Below, in pieces: positions 19,662 through 28,736 of a stretch of DNA of 51,346 bases (positions are counted from its first letter, which is position 1; every line of letters starts with the position of its first letter). The stretch is from positions 1 through 51,346 of the IMG/VR virus record IMGVR_UViG_3300006428_000046; one strand, written 5' to 3'. The notes under the pieces were generated by a model. It was not told the DNA's origin, searched no databases, and saw only the letters and a program-made list of their open reading frames with translations. A program made the position numbers and the translations under genes. The DNA is from a virus (taxonomy: Duplodnaviria > Caudoviricetes).

Positions 19662-20032
19662 GATACTGTCACCTTGCTTACTGCATACGAAACAGAATTG
19701 AGAGACTTGGCAACACGTTTCACGATGTAGTCATAGAGAGGATTACCGCCAGTATCAAACTCAGGTTCTTTGTCGATGAACAAAACGGTATTTTCATCAA
19801 TCGGACAAGCAAGATCATCTGTGACAATCACTTTGTCATAAGAGATAAAATTACCAAACTGCTCCACCTGAGCGGAACCGCTTGCCGCAGACACGTTTGC
19901 TTTCATGGCAACAGGGGATTCATAGAGAACTTTGTTTTCACCAGTTTCATATCCGGCTGCGTCCGTAATGGGCGTTTTCCCTGAAAAAAGAAGGTAATAA
20001 AACGAAGTCTTGTTTCTATCCATGATCTTCAT
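19658..20032 (-). CDS. Head-closure (stopper) protein
   Basis: Synteny in the head-tail joining cluster. Confidence 0.7.
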   Translation of the reverse strand: MKIMDRNKTSFYYLLFSGKTPITDAAGYETGENKVLYESPVAMKANVSAASGSAQVEQFGNFISYDKVIVTDDLACPIDENTVLFIDKEPEFDTGGNPLYDYIVKRVAKSLNSVSYAVSKVTVS

Positions 20033-20358
20033 TCAACTACCTCCTGCCAAACAGGAGAAGCAAAAGGAACAATCTCCCTTAACAGCGTAGGCGGTACATC
20101 TCCGTCCTCGTAAGAACGAGAAATCCCATTTTCGCTGTGTGCGGTTTCTCCCTCTGCTCCACGCTTGTTCAGAAGATAAGCCGCAATCTGAACCTGATTG
20201 ATAGCATAAATGTCAGGAACCGCCGTTACCGTCTGGTCAAAGGGATAGGCTCGTCTGCAAACCTTGTTTGCGGCAATAGACAGGTAGACGGTAAGCACGG
20301 CATCATCTGTCCCACCGGTCAATGTTTTGAGCATTGCAAGTTTTTCAGCATCAGTCAT
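20029..20358 (-). CDS. Head-tail adaptor (SPP1 gp15/HK97 gp6-like)
   Basis: NKRGAEGETAHSENGISRSY motif. Confidence 0.85.
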   Translation of the reverse strand: MTDAEKLAMLKTLTGGTDDAVLTVYLSIAANKVCRRAYPFDQTVTAVPDIYAINQVQIAAYLLNKRGAEGETAHSENGISRSYEDGDVPPTLLREIVPFASPVWQEVVE

Positions 20359-20373
20359 GCTTACCGTCCTCCT

Positions 20374-20841
20374 TTAAGAAATTTCAGTTTCGGGATTTTC
20401 TTCCGATTCAGGTTCAGGTTCAGGTTCAGGTTCAGGTTCAGGTTCAGGTTCAGGTTCAGGTTCGGCATCTTCGGTTCCATCAGAAACGGAAGCTTCCAAA
20501 ACAACCAAAATGTCGGCTTTCTTGGTAGCGGTGCCAAGGTCAATTTCGTGTTCCTTCGCATAGGCTTTCAGTTCAGTAAGCGTCATATCGGAAAGAGCCT
20601 TTTCCACTCCATCACTGGCAAATGGAATAGGGTGTTCCTCAGACAGATTGAACTTCTTAATGATCTCTTCCAGCGTAAGAACACTTGGATTTTCCAGCGT
20701 TTCAGCCGTTACCGTTCCGTGAACCACAGTTACACTTTCAAGCTCACGCTTGGTGATAACTTTATCCTTAGCGGTAATGCTTACGTTTTGAAAGACATTG
20801 CCTTTCTTGACGTAAACCTTACCGTCAGAAATGTAGTACAT
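20374..20841 (-). CDS. Post-capsid protein with Rho-N/HeH-like domain and EP-repeat tail
   Basis: Start MYYISDG after GGAGG; MTLTELKAYAKEHEIDLG..KKADIL; (EP)n tail. Confidence 0.75.
   Translation of the reverse strand: MYYISDGKVYVKKGNVFQNVSITAKDKVITKRELESVTVVHGTVTAETLENPSVLTLEEIIKKFNLSEEHPIPFASDGVEKALSDMTLTELKAYAKEHEIDLGTATKKADILVVLEASVSDGTEDAEPEPEPEPEPEPEPEPEPESEENPETEIS
20407..20460. repeat. (TTCAGG)x9 in-frame microsatellite
   Basis: Nine perfect hexamers encoding the Pro-Glu repeat. Confidence 0.95.
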
Positions 20842-20854
20842 AGCTGCGACCTCC

Positions 20855-21883
20855 TTAGCCGTTAGTGATGATACGACCCATGGCAATAGTCTTGGGGTCA
20901 GCGATACCAGACCAGTTCGCACTTGCGGCAAGCTGAGCGTCAGTCGGAGAAGCCGTGTAGCCACTCTCAGGCTTGGTGAAGCTGAAACCGTTGGGGTGAA
21001 TCGTCTCACGAATACGAGTCACGAGAGCGGTATAACCACCGGCAGAGACAGCATTACGTTCCAGCTCAGAAGGAGTCATGACAGGAGCATCAGCATACTG
21101 CAATGCACCCAAGCCGAGAACATAAGTGGTGTACTTTGCCGCAACAGTTTCAGTGGCAGCAGTCACAGGTGCGCTATCGTCAACCACTACGGTAATACCG
21201 TTAATGGTTCCGATACGAAGAGGACGCTCAACGCCGTTGGCATCGGTGTATTTCAGGAAGTTCAGCAAATTCAGGCCAGCCATATTTGCCGCAACCTTGG
21301 AGTGCATGAAGCACAGGTTGAATTGGTCTTGTGCGTCACCAACAGCTTTCTGAATAGCGTCACCAATGGTGGTAGCACCAAACTTGTTGCTGTCGGCAAC
21401 GGTCAGATTAGCGGAAGAAATGTCGGTAGTGTGATTGTTCCAATTGGCAAATTCACCGCTGCCGGTGATACCGAAAACAGCAGACAGGATTTTGAGCATG
21501 ACCGCCTGACGCTGCTTCTGCCAATACTTCGCCACCTGAGAAACGATCTGTTGCATGGGGTCGGCCTTACTGTCGTAATCGACAATAAAATCCTTCTCCT
21601 TCCAGCCGTGCGCACGACCATAGACAATACCACTCTGAGAACCACCGGCAGGGTCAGTCAGGGTGATGTCCGTTGCACCATCGTAGTTCTCAGGAGTGCC
21701 GCCAATGACCTTATAGAACGGCAGGGTGTAAAGGTCAGAGCCGTTGGCAATCAGAGTGCGAAGTTCACTGTTCGCCTGAACAGCACCGCTTTCAAACATT
21801 GCGGTCAGGGTGGGGTCTTTTACGTTCGCCCAATTGTAGTTAAACAGTTCAGGGTTAAACGGATAGCCAAGATAAGTTGCCAT
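20855..21883 (-). CDS. Major capsid protein
   Basis: 342 aa after the scaffold gene; MHS, YL/VLG.GA and HPNG motifs of Bacillota phage coat proteins. Confidence 0.9.
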   Translation of the reverse strand: MATYLGYPFNPELFNYNWANVKDPTLTAMFESGAVQANSELRTLIANGSDLYTLPFYKVIGGTPENYDGATDITLTDPAGGSQSGIVYGRAHGWKEKDFIVDYDSKADPMQQIVSQVAKYWQKQRQAVMLKILSAVFGITGSGEFANWNNHTTDISSANLTVADSNKFGATTIGDAIQKAVGDAQDQFNLCFMHSKVAANMAGLNLLNFLKYTDANGVERPLRIGTINGITVVVDDSAPVTAATETVAAKYTTYVLGLGALQYADAPVMTPSELERNAVSAGGYTALVTRIRETIHPNGFSFTKPESGYTASPTDAQLAASANWSGIADPKTIAMGRIITNG

Positions 21884-21898
21884 AATAGTTACCTCCCA

Positions 21899-22459
21899 TT
21901 ATTTGAGTTCTTTCATCCAGTCAGGATGATCTTTAATGTATTCGTTCTGTTCTTTCGTGCTGAGTTTCAGGAACTTGTCTTTCGTCATTCCATCTCCACC
22001 GCCGCCAGCCGGAGGGGTAGGAGTCTTTTTCAGAAGTTCAGCCTTAATCGCTTTTTCTTTAGCTTCAAGGAATTTACCCTGATTGACAAAAACCTTTGCC
22101 ATATCACCGTCAACCATAGCCTGAGCTGTTTCCGAAGCCAGTTTTTCGTCATAACCCTGTGAAACAAGGGAAGCTTTGTAACCGGAAACGGTCTTCTCCT
22201 TTTCGAGATTTGCCAATTTCTCCTGCATTTCGCTGAGCGTCTGTTCGTTTGCCAACTTCTTCTGTTCATCCTCAGAGAGAAGAGCGTTGTGCTTCTTCTT
22301 CCAGTCAGCAGCTTCGGAAGCAGTCTTATCGAACAACTCCTTTTTCACATAGCCGGTATAATCTGCATCAGGCATCTCGAAAACAGTAAGAGCGTCAACC
22401 TTCTGCTCAGGGGTCATGGTGTCAAAACCTTCGATGGTAGATGTGTCGATTTTTGCCAT
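21899..22459 (-). CDS. Capsid scaffolding protein
   Basis: Charged coiled coil, TPTPPAGG linker, short C-terminal helices; start MAKIDTS after AGGAGG. Confidence 0.82.
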   Translation of the reverse strand: MAKIDTSTIEGFDTMTPEQKVDALTVFEMPDADYTGYVKKELFDKTASEAADWKKKHNALLSEDEQKKLANEQTLSEMQEKLANLEKEKTVSGYKASLVSQGYDEKLASETAQAMVDGDMAKVFVNQGKFLEAKEKAIKAELLKKTPTPPAGGGGDGMTKDKFLKLSTKEQNEYIKDHPDWMKELK

Positions 22460-22483
22460 AGTAAATACCTCCTGCGTTTTTAT

Positions 22484-22554
22484 AGTGCTTCTCTGCACTT
22501 TGATTTTGTGTTTGTACGGTTCTCTCCGTTTTGTGATTTAAGGCTTCTCTGCCT
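22484..22554 (-). promoter_or_regulatory. Three tandem hairpins with an identical AGAGAA loop in the scaffold 5' leader
   Basis: Coding strand: AGGC-AGAGAA-GCCT, ACGG-AGAGAA-CCGT, AGTGC-AGAGAA-GCACT. Confidence 0.7.
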
Positions 22555-22581
22555 ATATCAACGGCTTTTGCCGCTTATACC

Positions 22582-22631
22582 AAAAAGAAAAGAGACTACC
22601 GGCTTTCGCCAAGTAGTCCCATTCGACTGTT
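22582..22631 (-). terminator. Intrinsic terminator with conserved 5' flank, copy A
   Basis: AACAGTCGAAT-GGGACTAC...GTAGTCTC-TTTTCTTTTT on the coding strand. Confidence 0.65.
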
Positions 22632-22635
22632 GTTC

Positions 22636-22797
22636 CTACACTTTCGCAGGAACCGATATTTTGATTTGTTTCTTGATCTCCAAAACGATAATGTCATCTT
22701 TTCGAGGTTTTACTTCAACTGAATTACCCTTCGCCAAGATGTCATTTATCATCTTCACCGCTTCCGGACTGAGAGTCTTGGTCATTTCTGTCTTCAC
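22636..22797 (-). CDS. Small basic protein between portal and scaffold
   Basis: GTG start after AAGGAGG, overlapping the portal end; ILAKGNSVEVKPRK. Confidence 0.55.
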   Translation of the reverse strand: MKTEMTKTLSPEAVKMINDILAKGNSVEVKPRKDDIIVLEIKKQIKISVPAKV

Positions 22798-24166
22798 CGT
22801 TATCGCCCTCCTTTGGTGGAGTGACGGCAACTTTCGCCGCCTGTTCTTCTATATATTTCACGCTCATGTTGTAAGCAATAGAGGGGTCAGAGAACATACC
22901 ACAATGGGTAAATGCAAGCTGCGGTGCAATCTTCTGATTGTTAAGCATAGCGGTCAAAACATTAGCCTTTTCCGTGATGTTCTCGTAATTACGGCGAGTA
23001 AAGCGAATCTCGATTGAGGACAGTTTTAATTGCAAACTGCTCAAATCACGACAAATCCGAAGAACCAATTTCAAAAATTCTTTTTCGGATTTCTTGAACA
23101 TCAGTTCACTGTCTTTCGCTCTCGCTTCGGCAGCAGACCAACCATCACGCATAATAACGGCAGAGCCGGTATCGCTTGTGGAAGAACCACCGTTTCGGTT
23201 CGGCATTCCGCAAATGGTAAGCACCGTATTGTAAAGATGATCGACCATTGTTTGAACCTGAGTCTGGTTCAGCTCTGCGGTCAAGTAGTCAATCTCGGCC
23301 TTAAACTGCGGGTCAATATCCTTGAATTTGATTGCGCCCTCCTGACGGAGCTTGGCGTAATCATCACTGGTAATGTCAACATTGTGGAACAGCATGAGAG
23401 CCTGAACAAACTGCTCAACTGCGTCCATGCGGTTACTATCCACGTTATTCATTGCGTCCAGCAGAGGAAGAACGATCTCAAAAGCACCAAGCCGTGCATT
23501 GTTGGCAGGGTACTCTATAATGGGAATACCGAAAATCTGTGGCTCGTTCTTTGTGATTTCTCTCAGATCAGTGATTTCGTAATAATGATCTTCGGTGTAA
23601 ACACTGTAAATGTTCGAACCGCTCACTTTTTGGATATACTTCACCGCCATGATCGGAGGTTCGCCCAAGCTGTTTCGGTACACCACAAAGCAAAAACGAG
23701 GGTCAAGAGTATAAATCTCGAAGGGAGCTTCATCTTCCTCAACGTCAGCATTTCCATCAGGAAGCACCATACGATAAGACGTTCCGCAGATATGCGCCCA
23801 ATCTTCCAACTCCTTGTCCTTTGCAGCTTTATCTTCGGAAGCAACGTAGGAATTGAGCTTAGTGATATTGGCAGAAATCGTCTCGTCATCTCCACGGCTC
23901 ACATACTGGACAGGTTCTCCCATGAGATAGCCGACCTTGAAAGAAACGATCTCATTAGCACGGTTTTCAACAATCTTATTGTTGATCTCAGGCCGAACAT
24001 CTTTCACACGATCTAAAATCGGTTGTCTTCCACGATAGTAAGCGTAAAGATACTCGGTTTCACTCTTATTTCCCCAATGAACGACAAGTGCTTTTCGTAG
24101 AACATCGAGAACATTAGTTTCGTCAACAGAGTCAACATCAGTGAAAATCTTCTTCCGTCCGAACAT
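22742..24166 (-). CDS. Portal protein, SPP1-type
   Basis: YYRG.Q.I, NNKIVEN, GYLMGEP, PIIEY.N motifs; follows TerL. Confidence 0.93.
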   Translation of the reverse strand: MFGRKKIFTDVDSVDETNVLDVLRKALVVHWGNKSETEYLYAYYRGRQPILDRVKDVRPEINNKIVENRANEIVSFKVGYLMGEPVQYVSRGDDETISANITKLNSYVASEDKAAKDKELEDWAHICGTSYRMVLPDGNADVEEDEAPFEIYTLDPRFCFVVYRNSLGEPPIMAVKYIQKVSGSNIYSVYTEDHYYEITDLREITKNEPQIFGIPIIEYPANNARLGAFEIVLPLLDAMNNVDSNRMDAVEQFVQALMLFHNVDITSDDYAKLRQEGAIKFKDIDPQFKAEIDYLTAELNQTQVQTMVDHLYNTVLTICGMPNRNGGSSTSDTGSAVIMRDGWSAAEARAKDSELMFKKSEKEFLKLVLRICRDLSSLQLKLSSIEIRFTRRNYENITEKANVLTAMLNNQKIAPQLAFTHCGMFSDPSIAYNMSVKYIEEQAAKVAVTPPKEGDNGEDRNDQDSQSGSGEDDK

Positions 24167-24219
24167 TGCCACGAAAAGCACCTCCTTTCATAGTAATTCT
24201 GTTATCAGCTTTCGTTAAT

Positions 24220-24248
24220 ATTATAAATCATTCTCCAATGGTTGTCAA
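24220..24248 (-). promoter_or_regulatory. Consensus sigma-A promoter upstream of the portal gene
   Basis: TTGACA (24248-24243), 17 nt, TATAAT (24225-24220) on the minus strand. Confidence 0.7.
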
Positions 24249-24310
24249 GCGTTTAACCTTTTATTATACCATTGGAGAGTTAGTTTGGCAAGGACTCAGA
24301 AAGGCCGTTC

Positions 24311-25966
24311 TCAATATGGACGTTTGAAAACTTCAATTTTTCCACCGGACAGCATACGAATTTCATTCTCTAAGAGAGAAAGACTGTCCGGCGCATCATC
24401 GTGAGGAACCTTGCCGCTTCGAGTGTAAGTGGTAAGCTCTTTCATGAAATTCCAATACTGGCTACCTCGCTTATACAGAGAAGGGTCTTTGAAATAAAAA
24501 TTCTTTTTGATATTGTCAGCGGCAAATTCAATTCGAGTTTGCTTGTTAGAGATCGTGCGTTTTGTTCTGATACCAACCGTGTACCCTCGATCACGAATAA
24601 TCTGGTCTACATCTCTGGCGAAATACTGACCGGCATTGTTACTCTCGAAAATAGCCGAAGCAGCTTTGTTGTCGATCAGGCATTTAGCACACTCAGGCTT
24701 CGTAACCTCCGCAGGGGAATCATCAAAGACCACATCAACGATATACACAGCAGTTCCATAAATTGCCGCTACAGGCATTGAGGTTGAGTCGGAACCACTT
24801 TCAGCGGTATCACCAACAGCAATGATGGTGTCAGGGTCTTTATCCTGCGGCAGTCCGAGAAAATAATTCAATTCCTTTTTGTTGAACAAAAGACCTTTAG
24901 CTTCAAACGGCTGCTGCTGAAATTCAGACTCAAACTGTTCAGCGGATAAAAGCTCACGCTGCTCACGAAAATATGCAGTCGTGAAAACCCTCTTTCCCTC
25001 ACGCTCATACTCATAATTACTTTCGTCCGTGATCAGGTCAAGGGCGGGAATTTCAATTGCTCTCCACTTCCAGCCTTGCTTCTGCGCTTCATCCTGCAAA
25101 TGGCCTATCGGGTCATATAGCGAATACCGAGTACCGGTTGCCACAATCGGAGTACCTTCAATGGCACGACCCATAATATCACCGGAAATGACTTCCCATT
25201 TATCGTCAAGCCGCTGCCGATTCTTTGCTTCCTCACGACCTTCCACGCAGTCATCCAGATACAGAACATTAGTGGCTTCTGACAAACCAACCTGACGAGC
25301 ATCAATAGACCGGCACATAATGGTAGGAAAACGAGATTTCGTTGCAAGATTGATGATTTTGGTGTCAGCATTTGTTTGTACCAAGGGAGAATCGGGGAAC
25401 ACATCGTAAAATAGATATTCGTTCGGAGTGGTCAAATACTCCAAACAACCGTTGTAAAAAGATTTTACAAGGTCATCACCGGTTCCTTCCATCAAGGATG
25501 AACGGTCAGGATTTTTGCCGGACAGCATATTGATGAAGTTGATACCAAGCTGGCTCTTACCGGCTCGTTTCGGCAGAGATATGGTAAGCAATCGAAGCTT
25601 TCCGTCAATCACATCTTGATAACCTTCCACGATGGATTTTAAGTAATGCCGCCTTGGAGCATAAAAACGCTTCTCAGGTTTTCTGTCAAGCTCCATGTAA
25701 AGAAGGAAGCTATCAAACTCATAGGGAGCATCAAACAACAGAGACTTTTTCCATAGATCATAGAAAAACGGAGCGTCTTTGGGTTGGCACTGGCGTAGCA
25801 TCTGAGAGCATTGCGCTCGAAGTTCTTTATTCAGATCATGAGCGTCTTGAAACGCTTCCTCTTCCGTCTGACGGCATACGGAAAAGAGATCGGTGTAAGC
25901 ACCACAATCTGACGGCTTCCGTTCGATGCACTTAATGATGTTTTTGGAGACTAACTGGTAATCCAT
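24311..25966 (-). CDS. terL: Terminase large subunit
   Basis: PKRAGKS Walker A, LYLDD, GTR, FQQQP, VGDTA and HDDAPD nuclease motifs. Confidence 0.93.
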   Translation of the reverse strand: MDYQLVSKNIIKCIERKPSDCGAYTDLFSVCRQTEEEAFQDAHDLNKELRAQCSQMLRQCQPKDAPFFYDLWKKSLLFDAPYEFDSFLLYMELDRKPEKRFYAPRRHYLKSIVEGYQDVIDGKLRLLTISLPKRAGKSQLGINFINMLSGKNPDRSSLMEGTGDDLVKSFYNGCLEYLTTPNEYLFYDVFPDSPLVQTNADTKIINLATKSRFPTIMCRSIDARQVGLSEATNVLYLDDCVEGREEAKNRQRLDDKWEVISGDIMGRAIEGTPIVATGTRYSLYDPIGHLQDEAQKQGWKWRAIEIPALDLITDESNYEYEREGKRVFTTAYFREQRELLSAEQFESEFQQQPFEAKGLLFNKKELNYFLGLPQDKDPDTIIAVGDTAESGSDSTSMPVAAIYGTAVYIVDVVFDDSPAEVTKPECAKCLIDNKAASAIFESNNAGQYFARDVDQIIRDRGYTVGIRTKRTISNKQTRIEFAADNIKKNFYFKDPSLYKRGSQYWNFMKELTTYTRSGKVPHDDAPDSLSLLENEIRMLSGGKIEVFKRPY

Positions 25967-25975
25967 GATTTCACC

Positions 25976-26305
25976 TCAAATCGCATCGGCAGCAACCCAT
26001 GCAGAATAAATTTTAGTACCCATTCTGGCAAACCAATCTACCATTGTTTCGTTTCTCGCCCAAGCATCGGTTTCGCCGGAGCATTCATCAAGTCCGCTTT
26101 CAAGTAGAAAGGCGTGAACAATCTCGTGCCGTTTTACCTTCTTGACGTAAGCTTCCATATTGGTAAGAGTACCTGTGATTTCCCTCTCTACGACAATGGT
26201 TTTTATTGTCCAGTCACAGTAACCATCACAACCTTCTAATCTCTTGTCATCGTTCTCGGAGCGTTCAAGGATTTCCCACTCAGAACCTAAAATATCAATC
26301 TTCAT
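25976..26305 (-). CDS. Small HExxH (metallopeptidase-like) phage protein
   Basis: RHEIVHAF motif, DGYCD. Confidence 0.7.
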   Translation of the reverse strand: MKIDILGSEWEILERSENDDKRLEGCDGYCDWTIKTIVVEREITGTLTNMEAYVKKVKRHEIVHAFLLESGLDECSGETDAWARNETMVDWFARMGTKIYSAWVAADAI

Positions 26306-26320
26306 AAAACCTCCAAAATA

Positions 26321-26364
26321 AAAAAGAAAGGGACTACCAAAAACGGTAGTCCCTCTCGACTGTT
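26321..26364 (-). terminator. Intrinsic terminator with conserved 5' flank, copy B
   Basis: AACAGTCGAGA-GGGACTACC...GGTAGTCCC-TTTCTTTTTT on the coding strand. Confidence 0.7.
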
Positions 26365-26391
26365 ACCCTCACCCATTCATGAGAGTCTTAC

Positions 26392-26475
26392 TCACAATAT
26401 TCTCGGAATAACAAAGGCCAGTATCAATAAGAAAACTGCACCAAAGAAGAATCCATTGATAAAACCCTTAAACAT
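26392..26475 (-). CDS. Putative 27-aa hydrophobic peptide
   Basis: MFKGFINGFFFGAVFLLILAFVIPRIL, GAGG RBS, directly after the 26483..27007 gene. Confidence 0.4.
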   Translation of the reverse strand: MFKGFINGFFFGAVFLLILAFVIPRIL

Positions 26476-26482
26476 ACGAACC

Positions 26483-27007
26483 TCACATCTCGTCAATTGT
26501 CAGGTTTCCGGTTTCCTCTAAGGTTGCCGTATTCGCATCGACAACACACGCCTTAAATTCTATTTTGGAAATATCGGAAACCTGTGTGACATCAAGATTT
26601 TTATATGAGAAACAGAAAGGTTGCTGAGACTGCTTTCCGGCTTCAATAGTCATGGGTGTGCCACTCAGCATTTGAACCATCGTGTCATTCACAGAAGAAT
26701 CTTTCAAGTACACAGTGATTTCTTGATCGCTTTTGTTTTCCACAAGAAGTCTCAGGTAGCACATATCAGGAACGCTCTTTTCCTCAAAGACTTCAACATA
26801 CGAAATCTTCACGAGGTCATCTTCATAGAGCTGCACTTCACCGTTACTTGAATCAGTGGCTACCGCTGCTGCCGCTACAGAATTTTCCGATTGATCGTTA
26901 TGATTCATTGCCGCCAAAGCAATACTCAGAACAACGGCAAAGGTCACGACAGGAACAATAATGCCAATAGCAATTCGCTTTTTGAGACTCATTTTACTCT
27001 TTTTCAT
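26483..27007 (-). CDS. Membrane-anchored exported protein (moron-like)
   Basis: Basic N-terminus + TM helix + beta-rich domain (L.VENKSD..I.V). Confidence 0.7.
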   Translation of the reverse strand: MKKSKMSLKKRIAIGIIVPVVTFAVVLSIALAAMNHNDQSENSVAAAAVATDSSNGEVQLYEDDLVKISYVEVFEEKSVPDMCYLRLLVENKSDQEITVYLKDSSVNDTMVQMLSGTPMTIEAGKQSQQPFCFSYKNLDVTQVSDISKIEFKACVVDANTATLEETGNLTIDEM

Positions 27008-27021
27008 CGTGTGACATCTCC

Positions 27022-27645
27022 TTATGCAATTTTCTTTACAAGATTATACCACTTTGAGCGACTGATACCAAGCTGTTCACAACATTCGCTGACGGTCATA
27101 AGGCCGTCTTTTTGTTTTTCAGAGATTTTTTCAAGAGTGTCAGGGTCAATCTCGCTTTGAGGTCTACCAAATGCTTTTCCGGTCTTAGCAGAAATCCTTC
27201 TACCATCAACCACCGGCATTGCGGCAATACCCTCAGCCTGACGCTTGCGGTTTTTCTTCCGTTCCTGCTCTGCCACGGCTCCTAAGACCTCAATCAGAAT
27301 GTTATTCACCATATCGGCAATCCACTCTTGGCCTTGGAAGTCAATCAGCGTGGTCGGTACATCGAAGACCCTGACAATAATGCCGTGAGACTTAAACCAT
27401 TCCAACTCAGATTTGATTTCGGCCTTGTTTCTTCCGAGTCTGTCCAGTTCCTCGATCAGAATTTCATCACCGGCAGCAACAGACTGTTTCAACTCAATAT
27501 ATTGCTCTCGGTTGAAATCTTTGCCACTCTGCTTGTCTTTGTAAATATGGTCATCGTCCAGCTCAGGCGCATATTTCCGCAAAGCTTCAAGCTGACGAGC
27601 AAGGTTCTGATCTCTGGTGGAAACACGAGCATATCCGTATCTCAT
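27022..27645 (-). CDS. Small serine recombinase (resolvase/invertase) with C-terminal HTH
   Basis: YGYARVST, DRLGR, ER..RQAEGI, FGRP, C-terminal HTH. Confidence 0.93.
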   Translation of the reverse strand: MRYGYARVSTRDQNLARQLEALRKYAPELDDDHIYKDKQSGKDFNREQYIELKQSVAAGDEILIEELDRLGRNKAEIKSELEWFKSHGIIVRVFDVPTTLIDFQGQEWIADMVNNILIEVLGAVAEQERKKNRKRQAEGIAAMPVVDGRRISAKTGKAFGRPQSEIDPDTLEKISEKQKDGLMTVSECCEQLGISRSKWYNLVKKIA

Positions 27646-27646
27646 G

Positions 27647-27925
27647 TTAATCCTCCTTCAACAGTTCAGCCAAATCATAGCTTGGACTGTTCTGTTGGTC
27701 AATCACGATCTGGTCAGCTCTGCGAGAACCCTGCTTCTTTTCCTGTAGCACCACTTCATAGCCAAGGATATTGAGCATTTCCACGGCCTTGTCGAAAGAC
27801 ATATTGGCGTGGGCGAGTCTGGCACTTATGTCATTACCACGAGACTTACCGAGAGACTTTGCCATTGTGGTTAAAGAGATTTTCTTGTTTTTCATCACCT
27901 GACGGATAGCTTCGTTGATATTCAT
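27647..27925 (-). CDS. XRE-like HTH regulator
   Basis: ISLTTMAKSLG...ILGYEVV; start MNINE after GAGGTG. Confidence 0.75.
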   Translation of the reverse strand: MNINEAIRQVMKNKKISLTTMAKSLGKSRGNDISARLAHANMSFDKAVEMLNILGYEVVLQEKKQGSRRADQIVIDQQNSPSYDLAELLKED

Positions 27926-27943
27926 GTTATCACCTCTGCGAGT

Positions 27944-28283
27944 ATAGTACACTAAAATTATTTAGTTGTCAATAGAGAATTAAATATATTTAGTGACTAA
28001 AGATTGTTAGTGAAGGGTCTTTTAGATTTTTGCGGATTTTTCAAAAGTCAGCTTTTTATATTTTGCGGTAATTTCGACACTCACCCCGACCTGCTGCCGC
28101 CGTCCATATCCCCCGCCACCCTCAATAGTAGATCAGGCCGGAACCGCCAGCCGCACAACGTCCACAAAAGCACACTTAAAAACACGCATTAAAACCGGCA
28201 ACAAAGCACTAAAAATATTTTGTGTTTATCCCTTGACAACTAAATATAATTAGTGTAAGGTAAAGACACTAAAAATAATTAGT
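27944..28283. promoter_or_regulatory. Divergent sigma-A promoters with six 16-bp operators ACTAAA-N4-(T/A)TTAGT
   Basis: Operators at 27951, 27979, 27996, 28208, 28239, 28268; leftward TTGACA (27972-27967)/TACTAT and rightward TTGACA (28233-28238), each with an operator filling the -35/-10 spacer. Confidence 0.8.
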
Positions 28284-28331
28284 GTTTAACGACTGACCGC
28301 CCAACGGCGGCAATTATGAAAGGGGTATAAC

Positions 28332-28736
28332 ATGAAAGGCACAACTAAAATAGAAGTACGGCAAAAAATCAGAAAGTATATTATAGACCACATTGACCTT
28401 GAAAATTATATAGGCTATGAGTTGAAAACGGAACCGGAAACAACTAACGGAAAAGTGTTGGCGTGTTATGAGATTTTCAAAAGTGAAAAAGGATACGAGA
28501 TTAACAGAATAGGAGAACAAACCGCCTTTATTGATTGGCTGAAAGGTCTTGCCAGTGCGTTAACTGTTAGCTTTTATTATGAAGATGAAAAAAAGCGGTT
28601 GGCCTATTGGCTTGATGAATCGCCGGAAATGGCGGCGCAATATGACGATGACAAAGCAGACGGCCTATACTGGCACCTATTACGCCGAGAATTTTTCTGG
28701 TTAGTAGATCAAGCGAAAAAAGGTACTTTGAAATGA
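28332..28736 (+). CDS. Hypothetical protein, first gene of an oppositely oriented cassette
   Basis: RBS AAAGGGG, promoter upstream, translational coupling to the next gene. Confidence 0.75.
   Translation: MKGTTKIEVRQKIRKYIIDHIDLENYIGYELKTEPETTNGKVLACYEIFKSEKGYEINRIGEQTAFIDWLKGLASALTVSFYYEDEKKRLAYWLDESPEMAAQYDDDKADGLYWHLLRREFFWLVDQAKKGTLK

Noticed and set aside
20842-21009. Open-frame overlap suggesting a capsid frameshift extension
   Set aside because: No slippery heptamer was seen near the capsid end, and the downstream gene has its own GGAGG RBS and ATG at 20841.
14665-24016. Long + strand ORFs (14665..15501, 20996..22162, 23030..24016), and similarly 45500..46378
   Set aside because: Antisense shadows of well-supported minus-strand genes, with no recognisable motifs.
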